A stretch of 64,000 nt of DNA, from contig OZ240241.1 in NCBI GenBank assembly GCA_965198115.1, positions 3,776,001 through 3,840,000 of the forward strand, in the 5' to 3' direction. A program made the translations under genes and the position numbers. The notes beneath the pieces were generated by a model. That model did no database searches. It saw nothing but the letters and a program-made list of their open reading frames with translations, and was not told where the DNA came from. Shown here one piece after another: positions 9,960 to 19,352 of the stretch. The number at the start of each line of letters is the position of its first letter. Position 1 is the stretch's first letter. Origin of the DNA: Candidatus Latescibacterota bacterium (GTDB lineage: Bacteria > Latescibacterota > UBA2968).

Positions 9960-11333
9960 GAGCTATAATCAAAAGGTGTGGAAAAAGAGAAAGGGCGACC
10001 CTACCCTTCCCGTGAGATAGTTGATTCACACAAAACCGGGTGAGAGGCCCGGTTGGGAAGGAGGATCGCCGTGAAGGAACATACGCATAGAGCCCCATTG
10101 AAGTCCATGCCGACGTGGGAGACGGTTGACGATTGGATCCGTGAAGAGATCCAGGGCCGGTTCCAGTCCATTCTGGAGGAGGAGGCGACCGCGTTCTTGG
10201 GCCGGTCGTGGTATGAGCGCCGAGCCGAGGTCGATAGCTCCACGGGCTACAGGAACGGCTACGGCAAGCCCCGGCGTCTCTCGACGAGCTGCGGAACGAT
10301 CAAGGTCCGGCGTCCCCGGGTTCGTGGTCTGGAAGAGCGGTTTGAAAGCCGCATCCTCCCCCTGTTCGCCCGGAGAACCAGGGCCATTGGAGATCTGCTT
10401 CCCGACCTTTATCTCCACGGTCTCTCCCAGGGCGACTTCGAGTTGTCTTTGCGTGCGCTGCTCGGTGATGGCGCGCCGCTTTCGCCGACCTCGATCGCTC
10501 GTCTTCGAGGGAAGTGGGAGGTCGACTTCCAGGACTGGAAAGAAAGGCGTCTGGATAATCGCGAACTGGTCTACGCCTGGGCTGATGGCATCTACGTCAA
10601 AGCCGGGCTCGAGCGCGAGAAGGCGTGTCTGCTGGTCGTGATCGGCGCGATGAGCGACGGCAGCAAGGAGATCCTGGCGATAGAACCCGGTTATCGAGAG
10701 TCTACAGAATCCTGGCTCACGGTGCTCCGGGATCTCCGGGATCGCGGGCTCGAACATCCTGTCCTGATCGCCGCGGACGGGAATATGGGCATCTGGGCGG
10801 CCGTTGATCAGGTCTGGCCAGAGAGCCGGCAACAACGGTGCTGGAACCACAAGATCCTCAACGTGCTCGACAAGGTCGCCAAGCGTGCACAGGCTGAAGC
10901 CCGCGCACTGCTCGTCCAGATCCCCTATGCCGGCACGAAAAAGGAGGCCGAGAAGCTCCGGAAACGCTTTGCCGCACGGTATCGCTCACAGTTCCCTGCC
11001 GCCGTGGAGACGCTCGAAAGAGACTGGGATCGGATGGTCACGTTCTACGACTTCCCGAAGGAACACTGGAAACACCTGAGAACCACGAACGTCGTCGAGA
11101 GCCCCTTTGCTTCCGTTCGGCTTCGCACAAACGCCGCCAGGCGATTCAAGAAAGTCAGGAACGCCACGGCTCTCATCTGGCGTACGCTCAAGGTCGCAGA
11201 GAGCCGATTCAGGAAACTCACCGCGCCACACTTGCTACAACAAGTCTACGATCAGAAACACTCAACCGAACCGCAGGTCGAAGCCGGGAAGATGGCCGCC
11301 TGATTTCTTTTACACACCTATTGACCTGAGCTC
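9960..11333 (+). mobile_element. IS256-family element type A
   Basis: Ends GAGCTATAATCAAAAGGTGTG / CACACCTATTGACCTGAGCTC; 8-bp DR GAACGTCC (9952-9959, 11334-11341). Confidence 0.93.
10071..11303 (+). CDS. IS256-family (Mutator-like) transposase
   Basis: YRNGY, WADG, AADG, QQRCWNHK and LRTTNVVES motifs; GGAGGA RBS before GTG. Confidence 0.93.
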   Translation: MKEHTHRAPLKSMPTWETVDDWIREEIQGRFQSILEEEATAFLGRSWYERRAEVDSSTGYRNGYGKPRRLSTSCGTIKVRRPRVRGLEERFESRILPLFARRTRAIGDLLPDLYLHGLSQGDFELSLRALLGDGAPLSPTSIARLRGKWEVDFQDWKERRLDNRELVYAWADGIYVKAGLEREKACLLVVIGAMSDGSKEILAIEPGYRESTESWLTVLRDLRDRGLEHPVLIAADGNMGIWAAVDQVWPESRQQRCWNHKILNVLDKVAKRAQAEARALLVQIPYAGTKKEAEKLRKRFAARYRSQFPAAVETLERDWDRMVTFYDFPKEHWKHLRTTNVVESPFASVRLRTNAARRFKKVRNATALIWRTLKVAESRFRKLTAPHLLQQVYDQKHSTEPQVEAGKMAA

Positions 11334-11697
11334 GAACGTCCCAAAGGATCTCGACATCCATCTGGTCGTCGATAACTACGGCACTCACAAGCACCAGAAC
11401 GTCAAACGTTGGCTCACCTCACGTAAAAGATACCACGTGCACTACACACCAACGTATGCCTCCTGGCTAAACCAGGTAGAGATCTGGTTCGGCATCATCA
11501 CACAAAGAGCAATCCGACGAGGAACCTTTCGGAACGTCAAGGACCTGATCGCCTGCATCAAGAAATTCACTGATCACTACAACGAGAATTCTACACCCTT
11601 CGTCTGGACCGCCACGGCAGATTCAATCCTCGAGAAAGTCCATAAACTTTTGAAGCTTATACGCGGGACGTGACACTAGTGGATGCGCGAAGAAAAT

Positions 11698-11728
11698 GGA
11701 TCCCGGCCTGAGACCTGCCGGGATGACA
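11698..11728. repeat. REP-like palindrome GGATCCCGGC-N9-GCCGGGATGAC
   Basis: GC-rich hairpin ending in GATGAC, resembling RAYT-associated REP sequences. Confidence 0.5.
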
Positions 11729-11811
11729 GTACGCTTCGCGTGCTGAGCCGGGTTGCATCTGAGGGCCAACGGCCCGTGCGGCCACTTTTCATTGTCCATT
11801 TGCATTCTGCG

Positions 11812-12924
11812 ATGATCGAATCTCTCCCAACACCACACGGTGAATTGCGGTTGCCAGCATTTCTGCCCGACGCGACGCGTGGCGCAGTGCGTGCAGTCGA
11901 TATGTGCGACGTTCGGAATGCAGGGATCGATGCGCTGATGGTGAACACGCTCCATCTGTCGTCACAGCCGGGAACCTCGGTGGTGAAGGAGGCGGGTGGC
12001 ATTCATCGTTTTTCGGGTTGGGATGGGCCGGTTGCATCCGACTCGGGTGGGTTCCAGGTGCTGTCGTTGGCGGCAGGGGGACCGAAGGGTGTCAGCGTGA
12101 GCAAGAGGGGCCTGTCCTACAAACCGGAAGGTCAGACGAAGCGACGCCAGCTGACGCCGGAGAAGTGCATCCAGTACCAGGTTCAATTGGGTGCGGACAT
12201 CCTGTTCTGCCTGGACCACTGTCCACCGGCTAGCACAGATGCTGCCACCCACCGTGAGAGTGTCGATCACACGGTGGCGTGGGCTGAGCAATGCAAGACG
12301 GCGTTCGAAGAGCGATATCCGAAATCCGATTTCAGATCTCCGATCTCCGATCGTCATTCCGGATCCAGGATCCCGGATCTCCGCCCCCTTCTATTTGCAG
12401 TCATTCAAGGCGGTGAGGACAGGGCCCTTCGTGCCGAATGCGCAGAACGACTCCAAGAGATCGGTTTCGATGGCTACGGCTTCGGTGGATGGCCGGTGGC
12501 GGACGACGGCGGGCTGGTCGATAGCGTGGGTCAGGTAGCAGACCTGTTGCCCGATGATCTTCCCCTGCACGGACTGGGCATCGGGAAGCCAGAGAACGTT
12601 GTGGCCGCCTGGCGTCTGGGATACCAAACGTTCGATTGTACCCTGCCTACGCGAGATGCAAGGCAGGGCCGTCTCTACGCTTCCACGTCGGATTCGTTCG
12701 ACGGCGACTACGACTACGTCCACATCGAGAAGGAGCGGTTCTCACGCGATCACCGGCCGATCGATGACGGATGTGATTGTACCACCTGCCTGCGTTACAC
12801 GAGGGCGTACCTCCATCATCTCTTTTCGGTCGGAGAACCGGTTGGTGCCCGGTTGGCGACGGTCCACAACCTTCGCTTTTATTCCCGGTTGATGGGTCTG
12901 TTGAACGCGGAATCAGGCGTTTGA
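11812..12924 (+). CDS. tgt: tRNA-guanine transglycosylase family protein (atypical substrate pocket)
   Basis: NTLHL, SDSGGFQ, LDHCP, VIQGG, FDCTLPTR and Zn site CDCTTC...HN. Confidence 0.9.
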   Translation: MIESLPTPHGELRLPAFLPDATRGAVRAVDMCDVRNAGIDALMVNTLHLSSQPGTSVVKEAGGIHRFSGWDGPVASDSGGFQVLSLAAGGPKGVSVSKRGLSYKPEGQTKRRQLTPEKCIQYQVQLGADILFCLDHCPPASTDAATHRESVDHTVAWAEQCKTAFEERYPKSDFRSPISDRHSGSRIPDLRPLLFAVIQGGEDRALRAECAERLQEIGFDGYGFGGWPVADDGGLVDSVGQVADLLPDDLPLHGLGIGKPENVVAAWRLGYQTFDCTLPTRDARQGRLYASTSDSFDGDYDYVHIEKERFSRDHRPIDDGCDCTTCLRYTRAYLHHLFSVGEPVGARLATVHNLRFYSRLMGLLNAESGV

Positions 12925-13727
12925 GTTCACGGCCGTCCGTCGAGATGATTGTCACCGCGATCCGGCGGACACCCAAGTATGCGCCGCTCTGCGCATCGGT
13001 CATCGAAAGAGCGGCTGTTCAGGCGGTCGGCCGGTATCGTACACGAAAGGAAGCCGAGAAAGCCGCACGACGACGACTGCATCAGATCTACGGAGCCTAC
13101 CTGAGCGGCACGTGGCTCACCGTTCTTCAGCAGGCGCTCGGCGGTGTCGATGAGGGGACAGTGGAGGATTCCCGTGCGTTCTGTCGTCCATTGCTCGACC
13201 TTCACGCGTCGACGCGTGAACGCACGGACGATCTCGACCGCCTGTTTGTGGAGATTTTCACTCGGACGGGTCACCCTGAGCGCGTCCTGGATCTTGCGTG
13301 TGGATTGAGTCCGTTGACCATTCCGTGGATGGATCCGCTCGAATGCTGCGATTACACGGCGGTCGATCTGCACGAGGGACTAATAGAGGCACTCAACGCG
13401 TTTTTCAGCGCATTCTCGCTGAAGGGTGAAGCTGTGTGTGGCGATGTTCTCGAATGGTCCAGGTTCGAGGCGGATGTCGTCTTCTTGTTGAAGGTCCTGC
13501 CGTGCCTGGCTCGACAGAAGAAGGATGCCGACCTGCTGACGATCGCCCGCATCCCATCACAATGGGTGGTCGCCTCCTATCCCTCGCGCTCGCTCAGCGG
13601 TCGCAATGTAGGAATGGTCTCACACCACGAAACACGACTGCGCGAAATTGCAGAGCTTAGTGGGAGGAAGGTATTTCCGGTTCAGGGATTCTCCGAGGCC
13701 GTCTACGTATTGGAAAAATTGGCGTAA
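12921..13727 (+). CDS. ArmA/Rmt (FmrO)-family 16S rRNA guanine(1405)-N7 methyltransferase homologue
   Basis: PKY, LHQIYGAY, HASTRER, LDLACGLSPL, LKVLPCL and SYPSRSLSGRNVGM motifs; TTG start overlaps the tgt stop (TTGA). Confidence 0.88.
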   Translation: MSSRPSVEMIVTAIRRTPKYAPLCASVIERAAVQAVGRYRTRKEAEKAARRRLHQIYGAYLSGTWLTVLQQALGGVDEGTVEDSRAFCRPLLDLHASTRERTDDLDRLFVEIFTRTGHPERVLDLACGLSPLTIPWMDPLECCDYTAVDLHEGLIEALNAFFSAFSLKGEAVCGDVLEWSRFEADVVFLLKVLPCLARQKKDADLLTIARIPSQWVVASYPSRSLSGRNVGMVSHHETRLREIAELSGRKVFPVQGFSEAVYVLEKLA

Positions 13728-13777
13728 GGTGTTGATTTCAGGCGCGTTGTTGTGTCTGGCCAGGCTGGGCTTTTCCC

Positions 13778-13806
13778 TTGACTCTTTTCGGGCGAACCAA
13801 TAGATT
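13778..13806 (+). promoter_or_regulatory. sigma70 promoter, probably for the thrS operon, now separated from it by IS256
   Basis: TTGACT-N17-TAGATT. Confidence 0.6.
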
Positions 13807-13858
13807 ATGCAGACTGTGGCTTAAAAGACGTTCACTCTTCCCCGGAGGCATCTCGGGT

Positions 13859-15246
13859 GGTCAAGTCCCATAGTCCGTTGAAACTCATCGGGCTCCGTGG
13901 TATTCATGCTCTCTGCCGAGCATCTTGATTGTCGCCGAGATTCAGGTTGTTTTTCAGTGCTTGCCTGAGCAGCGGGAGGTGTTTGTATCCGCTCACGCGT
14001 CGCAGGCGTGGTTCGATGTCGAGGAGTGCGGCCGCGACCCATCTGTGTCGCTGAGGAGAGTTGTTCCAGCGGTTGACCTTCCGTATCAGGTTGCCGGTCA
14101 TGCTGTTGAGCGCCTCGATGCAATTGGTGGTTCGGAAGCTTCGCTTCAAGAACGGGAGCATCCCCAGCCGGTGGAGGGTCAGGGTTTCCTCCAGTCCTTC
14201 CTCGAGGCTTGCCACGGCAGACTGATTCATCAGCTTGAGTTCGGGTTTGAGTGATTCGAGTGCGGCCTTTGCCTCCTCGTAGGTGTCGCAGTCATAGGCT
14301 TTCTGAAGTTTCCGTCGAACTCTTGGACGTTCTGCCTCCGGGAGGTAGCTGACGACGTTCTCGCGCTTGTGCCACTGACAGCGATGCACGCACACATCCC
14401 CTTTGAGGGCTTTGGTGACGGCACTGCGGAGTCCCTTTGAGCCGTCCAGCACAACGAGAAGGCCCTGGTCGTAGCACAGGCCTCTCCGGATGAGATCCTG
14501 GATCAGCTGACGGCAGATCCGTTCGTTCTCCGTCGCCGATTCGACGAAGCCCAGGGGGATCTTCTGGCCGTCCGTCGTGACGCCCGGAGCGATCACGATC
14601 TCTTCGTCGGCAAAGCTCTTTCCGTCGATGAACAGGGCGACCAAGTCGTAGTCGTCGAGCGGTCGTTCCTGGAACTGCTTCAGCTTCTTTGCGGTGGCTT
14701 TGATGAACCGTCGCGAGACGGAGGATGCCGAGATTCCGAACGCTTCGGGTACCGACTCTGCACAGGCTCTGTAGTTGCGACAGGAGATTCCCTTGAGCAC
14801 ACGAAGCAGCAGCTTCTCATCCATCGCTCTGGGCCTCTGCATCCCCCGGTATGCGGCCAGAGAAACCTCCGTATCGGACTCGACGTCGCGCACACGGGGA
14901 ACGGCCACCGGCAGCTTCTGGTCCATCAGATACACGGACCCTTTCTGGCTTCCCCATCGACGATGCGACTGCTCTGAACCCTTACGCGCATACCGAACGC
15001 CTGCGAGCTGCTCCACCTCCTGCTGGAGCACGTCGGCAACGGCCTCCAGACCCAGCGGAATCAGCGCCCGGATCACCGATAAACGCGTCTCCAAATCCAT
15101 AACGTCTGACCCAACCTTGACTTCGCCATCCCCTGCAAATAGCTTCTCCATCGTGGGCTCCTTTCTTACGGGTACACGCTCTCACACGCGTACCCACAAC
15201 GTAAGTTTGGAGCCCTTTAAGTTTCAACTAGGATAGGGACCTCACC
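13859..15246 (-). mobile_element. IS256-family element type B, copy 1 (1388 bp)
   Basis: Imperfect terminal IRs; flanks TCTCGGGT / TCTCGGGA; near-identical to 22001-23388. Confidence 0.93.
13904..15151 (-). CDS. IS256-family transposase
   Basis: FIDGK, VLDG, HRCQWHK and FRTTNCIE motifs. Confidence 0.93.
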   Translation of the reverse strand: MEKLFAGDGEVKVGSDVMDLETRLSVIRALIPLGLEAVADVLQQEVEQLAGVRYARKGSEQSHRRWGSQKGSVYLMDQKLPVAVPRVRDVESDTEVSLAAYRGMQRPRAMDEKLLLRVLKGISCRNYRACAESVPEAFGISASSVSRRFIKATAKKLKQFQERPLDDYDLVALFIDGKSFADEEIVIAPGVTTDGQKIPLGFVESATENERICRQLIQDLIRRGLCYDQGLLVVLDGSKGLRSAVTKALKGDVCVHRCQWHKRENVVSYLPEAERPRVRRKLQKAYDCDTYEEAKAALESLKPELKLMNQSAVASLEEGLEETLTLHRLGMLPFLKRSFRTTNCIEALNSMTGNLIRKVNRWNNSPQRHRWVAAALLDIEPRLRRVSGYKHLPLLRQALKNNLNLGDNQDARQRA

Positions 15247-15332
15247 TCTCGGGACGGACATCTGCCTTACCCCATTTGCAGGATTCTCGATCAGGACGCG
15301 CAGATGGTGGATGGCGCGTCCATTCGTGTTTT

Positions 15333-17267
15333 ATGGCCAACCGCGAGATCACTGTTACACTGCCCGATGGGTCAGAAAAGGCCTACGAGGCGGGAACGAC
15401 GATCCAGCAGGTCGCCGAGTCTATCGGGGAAGGATTGGCACGCGCCGCGTTGGCGGGGAAGGTCGACAACCGCGTCGTCGACCTAAGCCACGCGCTCGAC
15501 GAAAACGCCGACGTTTCGATATTGACGTTTCGGGACGATGGCGGGAAAGAGGTTTACTGGCACAGCACCGCGCACGTGATGGCGCAGGCCGTGCAGGATC
15601 TGTTCCCAGACGCGAAGGTGACGATCGGACCGCCGATCGACAGCGGCTTCTACTACGATTTCGACGTCCCCGAGCCGTTTACGCCCGACGATCTGGAACG
15701 GATCGAAGGACGAATGGCGGAGATCGCGAAGGAAGATCAGCCGTTCGAGCGGGACGAGCTGCCGCGCGACGAAGCCTACAGGATGTTCGACGAGATGGGC
15801 GAGCCCTACAAGCTCGAGATTCTCGACGACATCGAGTCGGACGAAACGATCAGCATCTATCGGAACGTGGACAAGTTCTGCGATCTCTGTCGTGGCCCTC
15901 ACGTTTCAGGCACAGGGAAGATCAAGGCCGTCAAGTTGTTGAGCTCGTCGGGCGCCTACTGGCGCGGGGACGAGCGGAACAAGATGCTCCAGCGGATCTA
16001 CGGTATCTCGTTCCCCGACAAGAAAGGCCTGAAAGCGTATCTCGATCTACTGGAGGAGGCGAAGCGCCGGGATCATCGGACGATCGGGACACAGCTGGAT
16101 CTGTATTCGATCAACGACAACGTCGGGCCGGGGTTGGCGCTGTGGCATCCCAAGGGGATGCGGATCCGGCGCGAAATCGAGGACTTCTGGTATAAATCGC
16201 ATTTCAGTGGGGGCTACGAGCTCGTCGGCTCGCCTCACATCGGGCGGTCTTCACTGTGGGAGACGAGCGGTCACTTAGATTTCTACTCAGAGGGGATGTA
16301 CTCCCCGATGGATATCGACGGGCAGAGTTACTACGCCAAGCCGATGAACTGCCCGTTCCATTCGATGATTTACAAGAGCCGGCTCCGCAGCTACCGTGAG
16401 CTTCCGTTCCGGTGGGCGGAGATGGGGACTGTCTACCGTTACGAGGCGTCGGGCACGTTGCACGGGCTGATGAGGGTCCGAGGGTTCACGCAGGACGACG
16501 CCCACATTTTCTGCCGCCCCGACCAGGTCGAAGACGAAATCACGCACGTCATCAATTTCTCGCTGAACGTTTTGCAAGCGTTCGGCTTCGAAGACTATGC
16601 ACTCTACGTCAGTACGCGGCCAGAAAAGTACGTGGGGGACCCGGACGCGTGGGATCGGGCGACCGACGCCTTGAGGCGCACGGCGGATGAACGGGGATTG
16701 GTTTACGAGGTCGACGAGGGCGGAGGCGCGTTTTACGGGCCCAAGATCGACGTGAAAATCCGAGACGCTCTGAGCCGAGAATGGCAGTGCACGACGATTC
16801 AATTCGACTTCAACCTGCCCGAACGGTTCGACCTGAGTTTCATCGGGCAGGACGGCAAGCATCACCGGCCGTTTATGGTCCACCGGACCCTGCTCGGGTC
16901 GATGGAACGATTTTTCGGTACCCTGATCGAGCACTACGCGGGGAACTTTCCTGTCTGGTTGGCGCCGGTCCAGGTGGCGGTCCTGCCGATTTCGGATCCC
17001 TTCCTCGACTACGCTCAGCAGGTGGGACAGGATCTATCGGCGGCGGGTATCAGGATCGATGTCGACGACCAGGACGCCAAGCTGGGTTACAAGATCCGCG
17101 AAGCGGAAACACAGAAAATCCCCTACATGGTGATCGTGGGACAGGCCGAACAGGAGGCGGGTGAAGTCGCGGTTCGCCGCCACGGCGAGGGGGATCTTGG
17201 GAAGATGGCATTGGTAGATCTCATTGAACGGATACAACGTGAAATCGAGTCGAAGCAGCCACACTGA
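15333..17267 (+). CDS. thrS: Threonine--tRNA ligase
   Basis: TGS domain, HSTAH, DLCRGPH, KPMNCP, GLMRVRGF and AFYGPKID motifs. Confidence 0.98.
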   Translation: MANREITVTLPDGSEKAYEAGTTIQQVAESIGEGLARAALAGKVDNRVVDLSHALDENADVSILTFRDDGGKEVYWHSTAHVMAQAVQDLFPDAKVTIGPPIDSGFYYDFDVPEPFTPDDLERIEGRMAEIAKEDQPFERDELPRDEAYRMFDEMGEPYKLEILDDIESDETISIYRNVDKFCDLCRGPHVSGTGKIKAVKLLSSSGAYWRGDERNKMLQRIYGISFPDKKGLKAYLDLLEEAKRRDHRTIGTQLDLYSINDNVGPGLALWHPKGMRIRREIEDFWYKSHFSGGYELVGSPHIGRSSLWETSGHLDFYSEGMYSPMDIDGQSYYAKPMNCPFHSMIYKSRLRSYRELPFRWAEMGTVYRYEASGTLHGLMRVRGFTQDDAHIFCRPDQVEDEITHVINFSLNVLQAFGFEDYALYVSTRPEKYVGDPDAWDRATDALRRTADERGLVYEVDEGGGAFYGPKIDVKIRDALSREWQCTTIQFDFNLPERFDLSFIGQDGKHHRPFMVHRTLLGSMERFFGTLIEHYAGNFPVWLAPVQVAVLPISDPFLDYAQQVGQDLSAAGIRIDVDDQDAKLGYKIREAETQKIPYMVIVGQAEQEAGEVAVRRHGEGDLGKMALVDLIERIQREIESKQPH

Positions 17268-17293
17268 TCCGAACCCTATCGGAGGTAAACGGT

Positions 17294-17842
<549 letters not shown>

Positions 17843-17999
17843 TGCGGCCTGGCGGCCGCCAGTCGTCAGGGAAAGACAGGCTCGCTGACGTCTGACACTG
17901 CTCGCGGCACCACCGCGAGTCCAACGCGGTTCAGGGATCGAACGGAGTGCCCTTTGGCACTCGTCCTGCCCGCGGTCACCCCCAATCGAGGGTGTTAGA

Positions 18000-18194
18000 A
18001 TGCCGAAGATGAAGACACACAAGTCCGCGGCGAAGCGGTTCAAACGCAGGAAGTCCGGACAGATTGTTCGAGGGAAAACGCCGAAAAACCACAACTTGGC
18101 GAAGAAATCGCCCAAACATAAGCGACAGGTGCGACAACGCGGGTCGGTTAGTGCAGCCGACAAGGGCCGTGTTGAACGCATGCTGGGTGTCTGA
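18000..18194 (+). CDS. rpmI: 50S ribosomal protein L35
   Basis: MPKMKTHKSAAKRF; position after infC. Confidence 0.97.
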   Translation: MPKMKTHKSAAKRFKRRKSGQIVRGKTPKNHNLAKKSPKHKRQVRQRGSVSAADKGRVERMLGV

Positions 18195-18212
18195 GCTGAA
18201 AGGAGATCGACT

Positions 18213-18569
18213 ATGCCCAGAACAACCAATCGTGTCGCTTCCCGGAGACGTCGCAAGAAGATTCTGAAAGCGGCGAAGGGGTACCGGGGTGGGCGAAGCA
18301 AACTGCTGCGGACCGCTAAAGACGCGGTCGATCGGTCGGGTAGCTATGCGTATCGCGACCGCCGACAGAAGAAACGTCAGTTCAGGTCGCTGTGGATCAC
18401 GCGGATAAACGCCGCCGCGCGTGTTCACGACGTGTCCTACAGCCGTCTGATCGATGGCCTTACTAAATCGGGTGTTGAGGTGAACCGCAAAGTCCTGGCC
18501 GATCTGGCCATTACCGACGATGCTGCCTTCGGGGCGCTCGTCGAGGAAGCGAAAAAAGCGATAAAATGA
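18213..18569 (+). CDS. rplT: 50S ribosomal protein L20
   Basis: [28 protein letters not shown] and NRKVLADLA motifs. Confidence 0.98.
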   Translation: MPRTTNRVASRRRRKKILKAAKGYRGGRSKLLRTAKDAVDRSGSYAYRDRRQKKRQFRSLWITRINAAARVHDVSYSRLIDGLTKSGVEVNRKVLADLAITDDAAFGALVEEAKKAIK

Positions 18570-18591
18570 GGGGTTAGGACGAAGTTAGACA

Positions 18592-18626
18592 GGCGGAGCC
18601 GCGTTTCGAGCGGCTCCGCCTTTTCT
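18592..18626 (+). terminator. Rho-independent terminator after rplT
   Basis: GGCGGAGCCGC/GCGGCTCCGCC stem followed by TTTT. Confidence 0.85.
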
Positions 18627-18651
18627 ATGTACGCGTTCCAGGGCCGTCGGG

Positions 18652-18680
18652 TTGACTTGGCTCCTGGGACGTGTTACATT
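18652..18680 (+). promoter_or_regulatory. sigma70 promoter of zapB-zapA-rny
   Basis: TTGACT-N17-TACATT. Confidence 0.6.
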
Positions 18681-18746
18681 CGCGGTGTATGGATCTTTCG
18701 AAGCTATTGATTTTGAACCAGTTTCGCCAAATTCAGAGAGGTTGAA

Positions 18747-19052
18747 ATGAGCACCGAGGTTCAGGCGGAAACGGCGGTCAGCGAAGGCATCGACCGTCTG
18801 CTGGGAGAGATCGATCGGGCCGTGTCGCTTATCGATCGATTGCGGGGCGACATCGCGGCGTTGGAGGAGGAAAAGACTTCACTCGAATCCCGATTGTCCG
18901 CGCAGACGCAGGAAAACGAAACGCTCCGGACCGATCGGGATCGACTTCAGCGCGTGTACGACGACAATGCGTCATTGATCGAGCACAAGGGCGAAATCCA
19001 GAGCAAGATCGATCAAATGCTCAGCCGGCTCGACGACGTACACGCCACGTAG
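18747..19052 (+). CDS. Coiled-coil cell division protein, ZapB-like
   Basis: Heptad coiled coil, GAGG RBS, directly upstream of zapA. Confidence 0.7.
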   Translation: MSTEVQAETAVSEGIDRLLGEIDRAVSLIDRLRGDIAALEEEKTSLESRLSAQTQENETLRTDRDRLQRVYDDNASLIEHKGEIQSKIDQMLSRLDDVHAT

Positions 19053-19073
19053 CGATCGGGGAATAGATCGCGA

Positions 19074-19352
19074 ATGACCGACGGTCCAGTTACGAACGTC
19101 AGCATTTTCGGGACGGAGTACAAAATTTCGTCCTCTATTGATCCCGAGCGTACCCAACGCGTCGCCCGTCTCGTCGACCGGCAGATGCGCGAAGTTGCCA
19201 GCAGTCTTTCGTTACGTTCCGTGACTACGATCGCCGTCCTGGCGGTGGTAAATCTGGCCGACGAGCTCCGGCGAGAGCAGGCTGACGCCGAACGCCTGTC
19301 AAAGACCGTGGCTTCGTCGGCAGAACGGCTCGCGCTCGCTCTCAGGTCCTGA
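19074..19352 (+). CDS. zapA: Cell division protein ZapA
   Basis: VSIFGTEY, VARLVDRQM and IAVLAVVNLADEL motifs. Confidence 0.9.
   Translation: MTDGPVTNVSIFGTEYKISSSIDPERTQRVARLVDRQMREVASSLSLRSVTTIAVLAVVNLADELRREQADAERLSKTVASSAERLALALRS

Larger units (their letters stand above)
9208..11673 (+). pseudogene. IS630 transposase, frameshifted (~9546) and split by IS256
   Basis: HTH N-terminus, then CVDEKSQIQAL in a second frame; resumes NVPKDLDIHLVVDNY...ASWLNQVE after 11334. Confidence 0.88.
9128..11676 (+). mobile_element. IS630-family element type B, interrupted by IS256
   Basis: IR GTGTCACGTCCC (9128-9139) / GGGACGTGACAC (11665-11676); TA duplication within a CTAG site on both sides. Confidence 0.92.

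Noticed and set aside
11683-11811. N-terminal extensions in the ORF track (tgt, rmt, thrS, rny, mqnC, DUF3604, RND, M23)
   Set aside because: They run through promoters, REP elements or upstream genes; family homology starts at the later codons used here
8302-12924. queE + TGT as a Dpd-type DNA 7-deazaguanine modification system
   Set aside because: No dpdB/dpdC-like or restriction genes are nearby, and the TGT keeps the tRNA-type C-terminal Zn site and overall bacterial Tgt layout
9128-15246. tgt-rmt as an acquired composite resistance transposon
   Set aside because: The flanking ISs belong to different types, each has its own target duplication, and base composition matches the chromosome; they look like independent insertions around native genes
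15293-15332. thrS operator mimicking the tRNA-Thr anticodon arm (hairpin GGACGCGC/GCGCGTCC, nearby TTCGTGT)
   Set aside because: The anticodon-like bases are not in a 7-nt loop; the match may be chance
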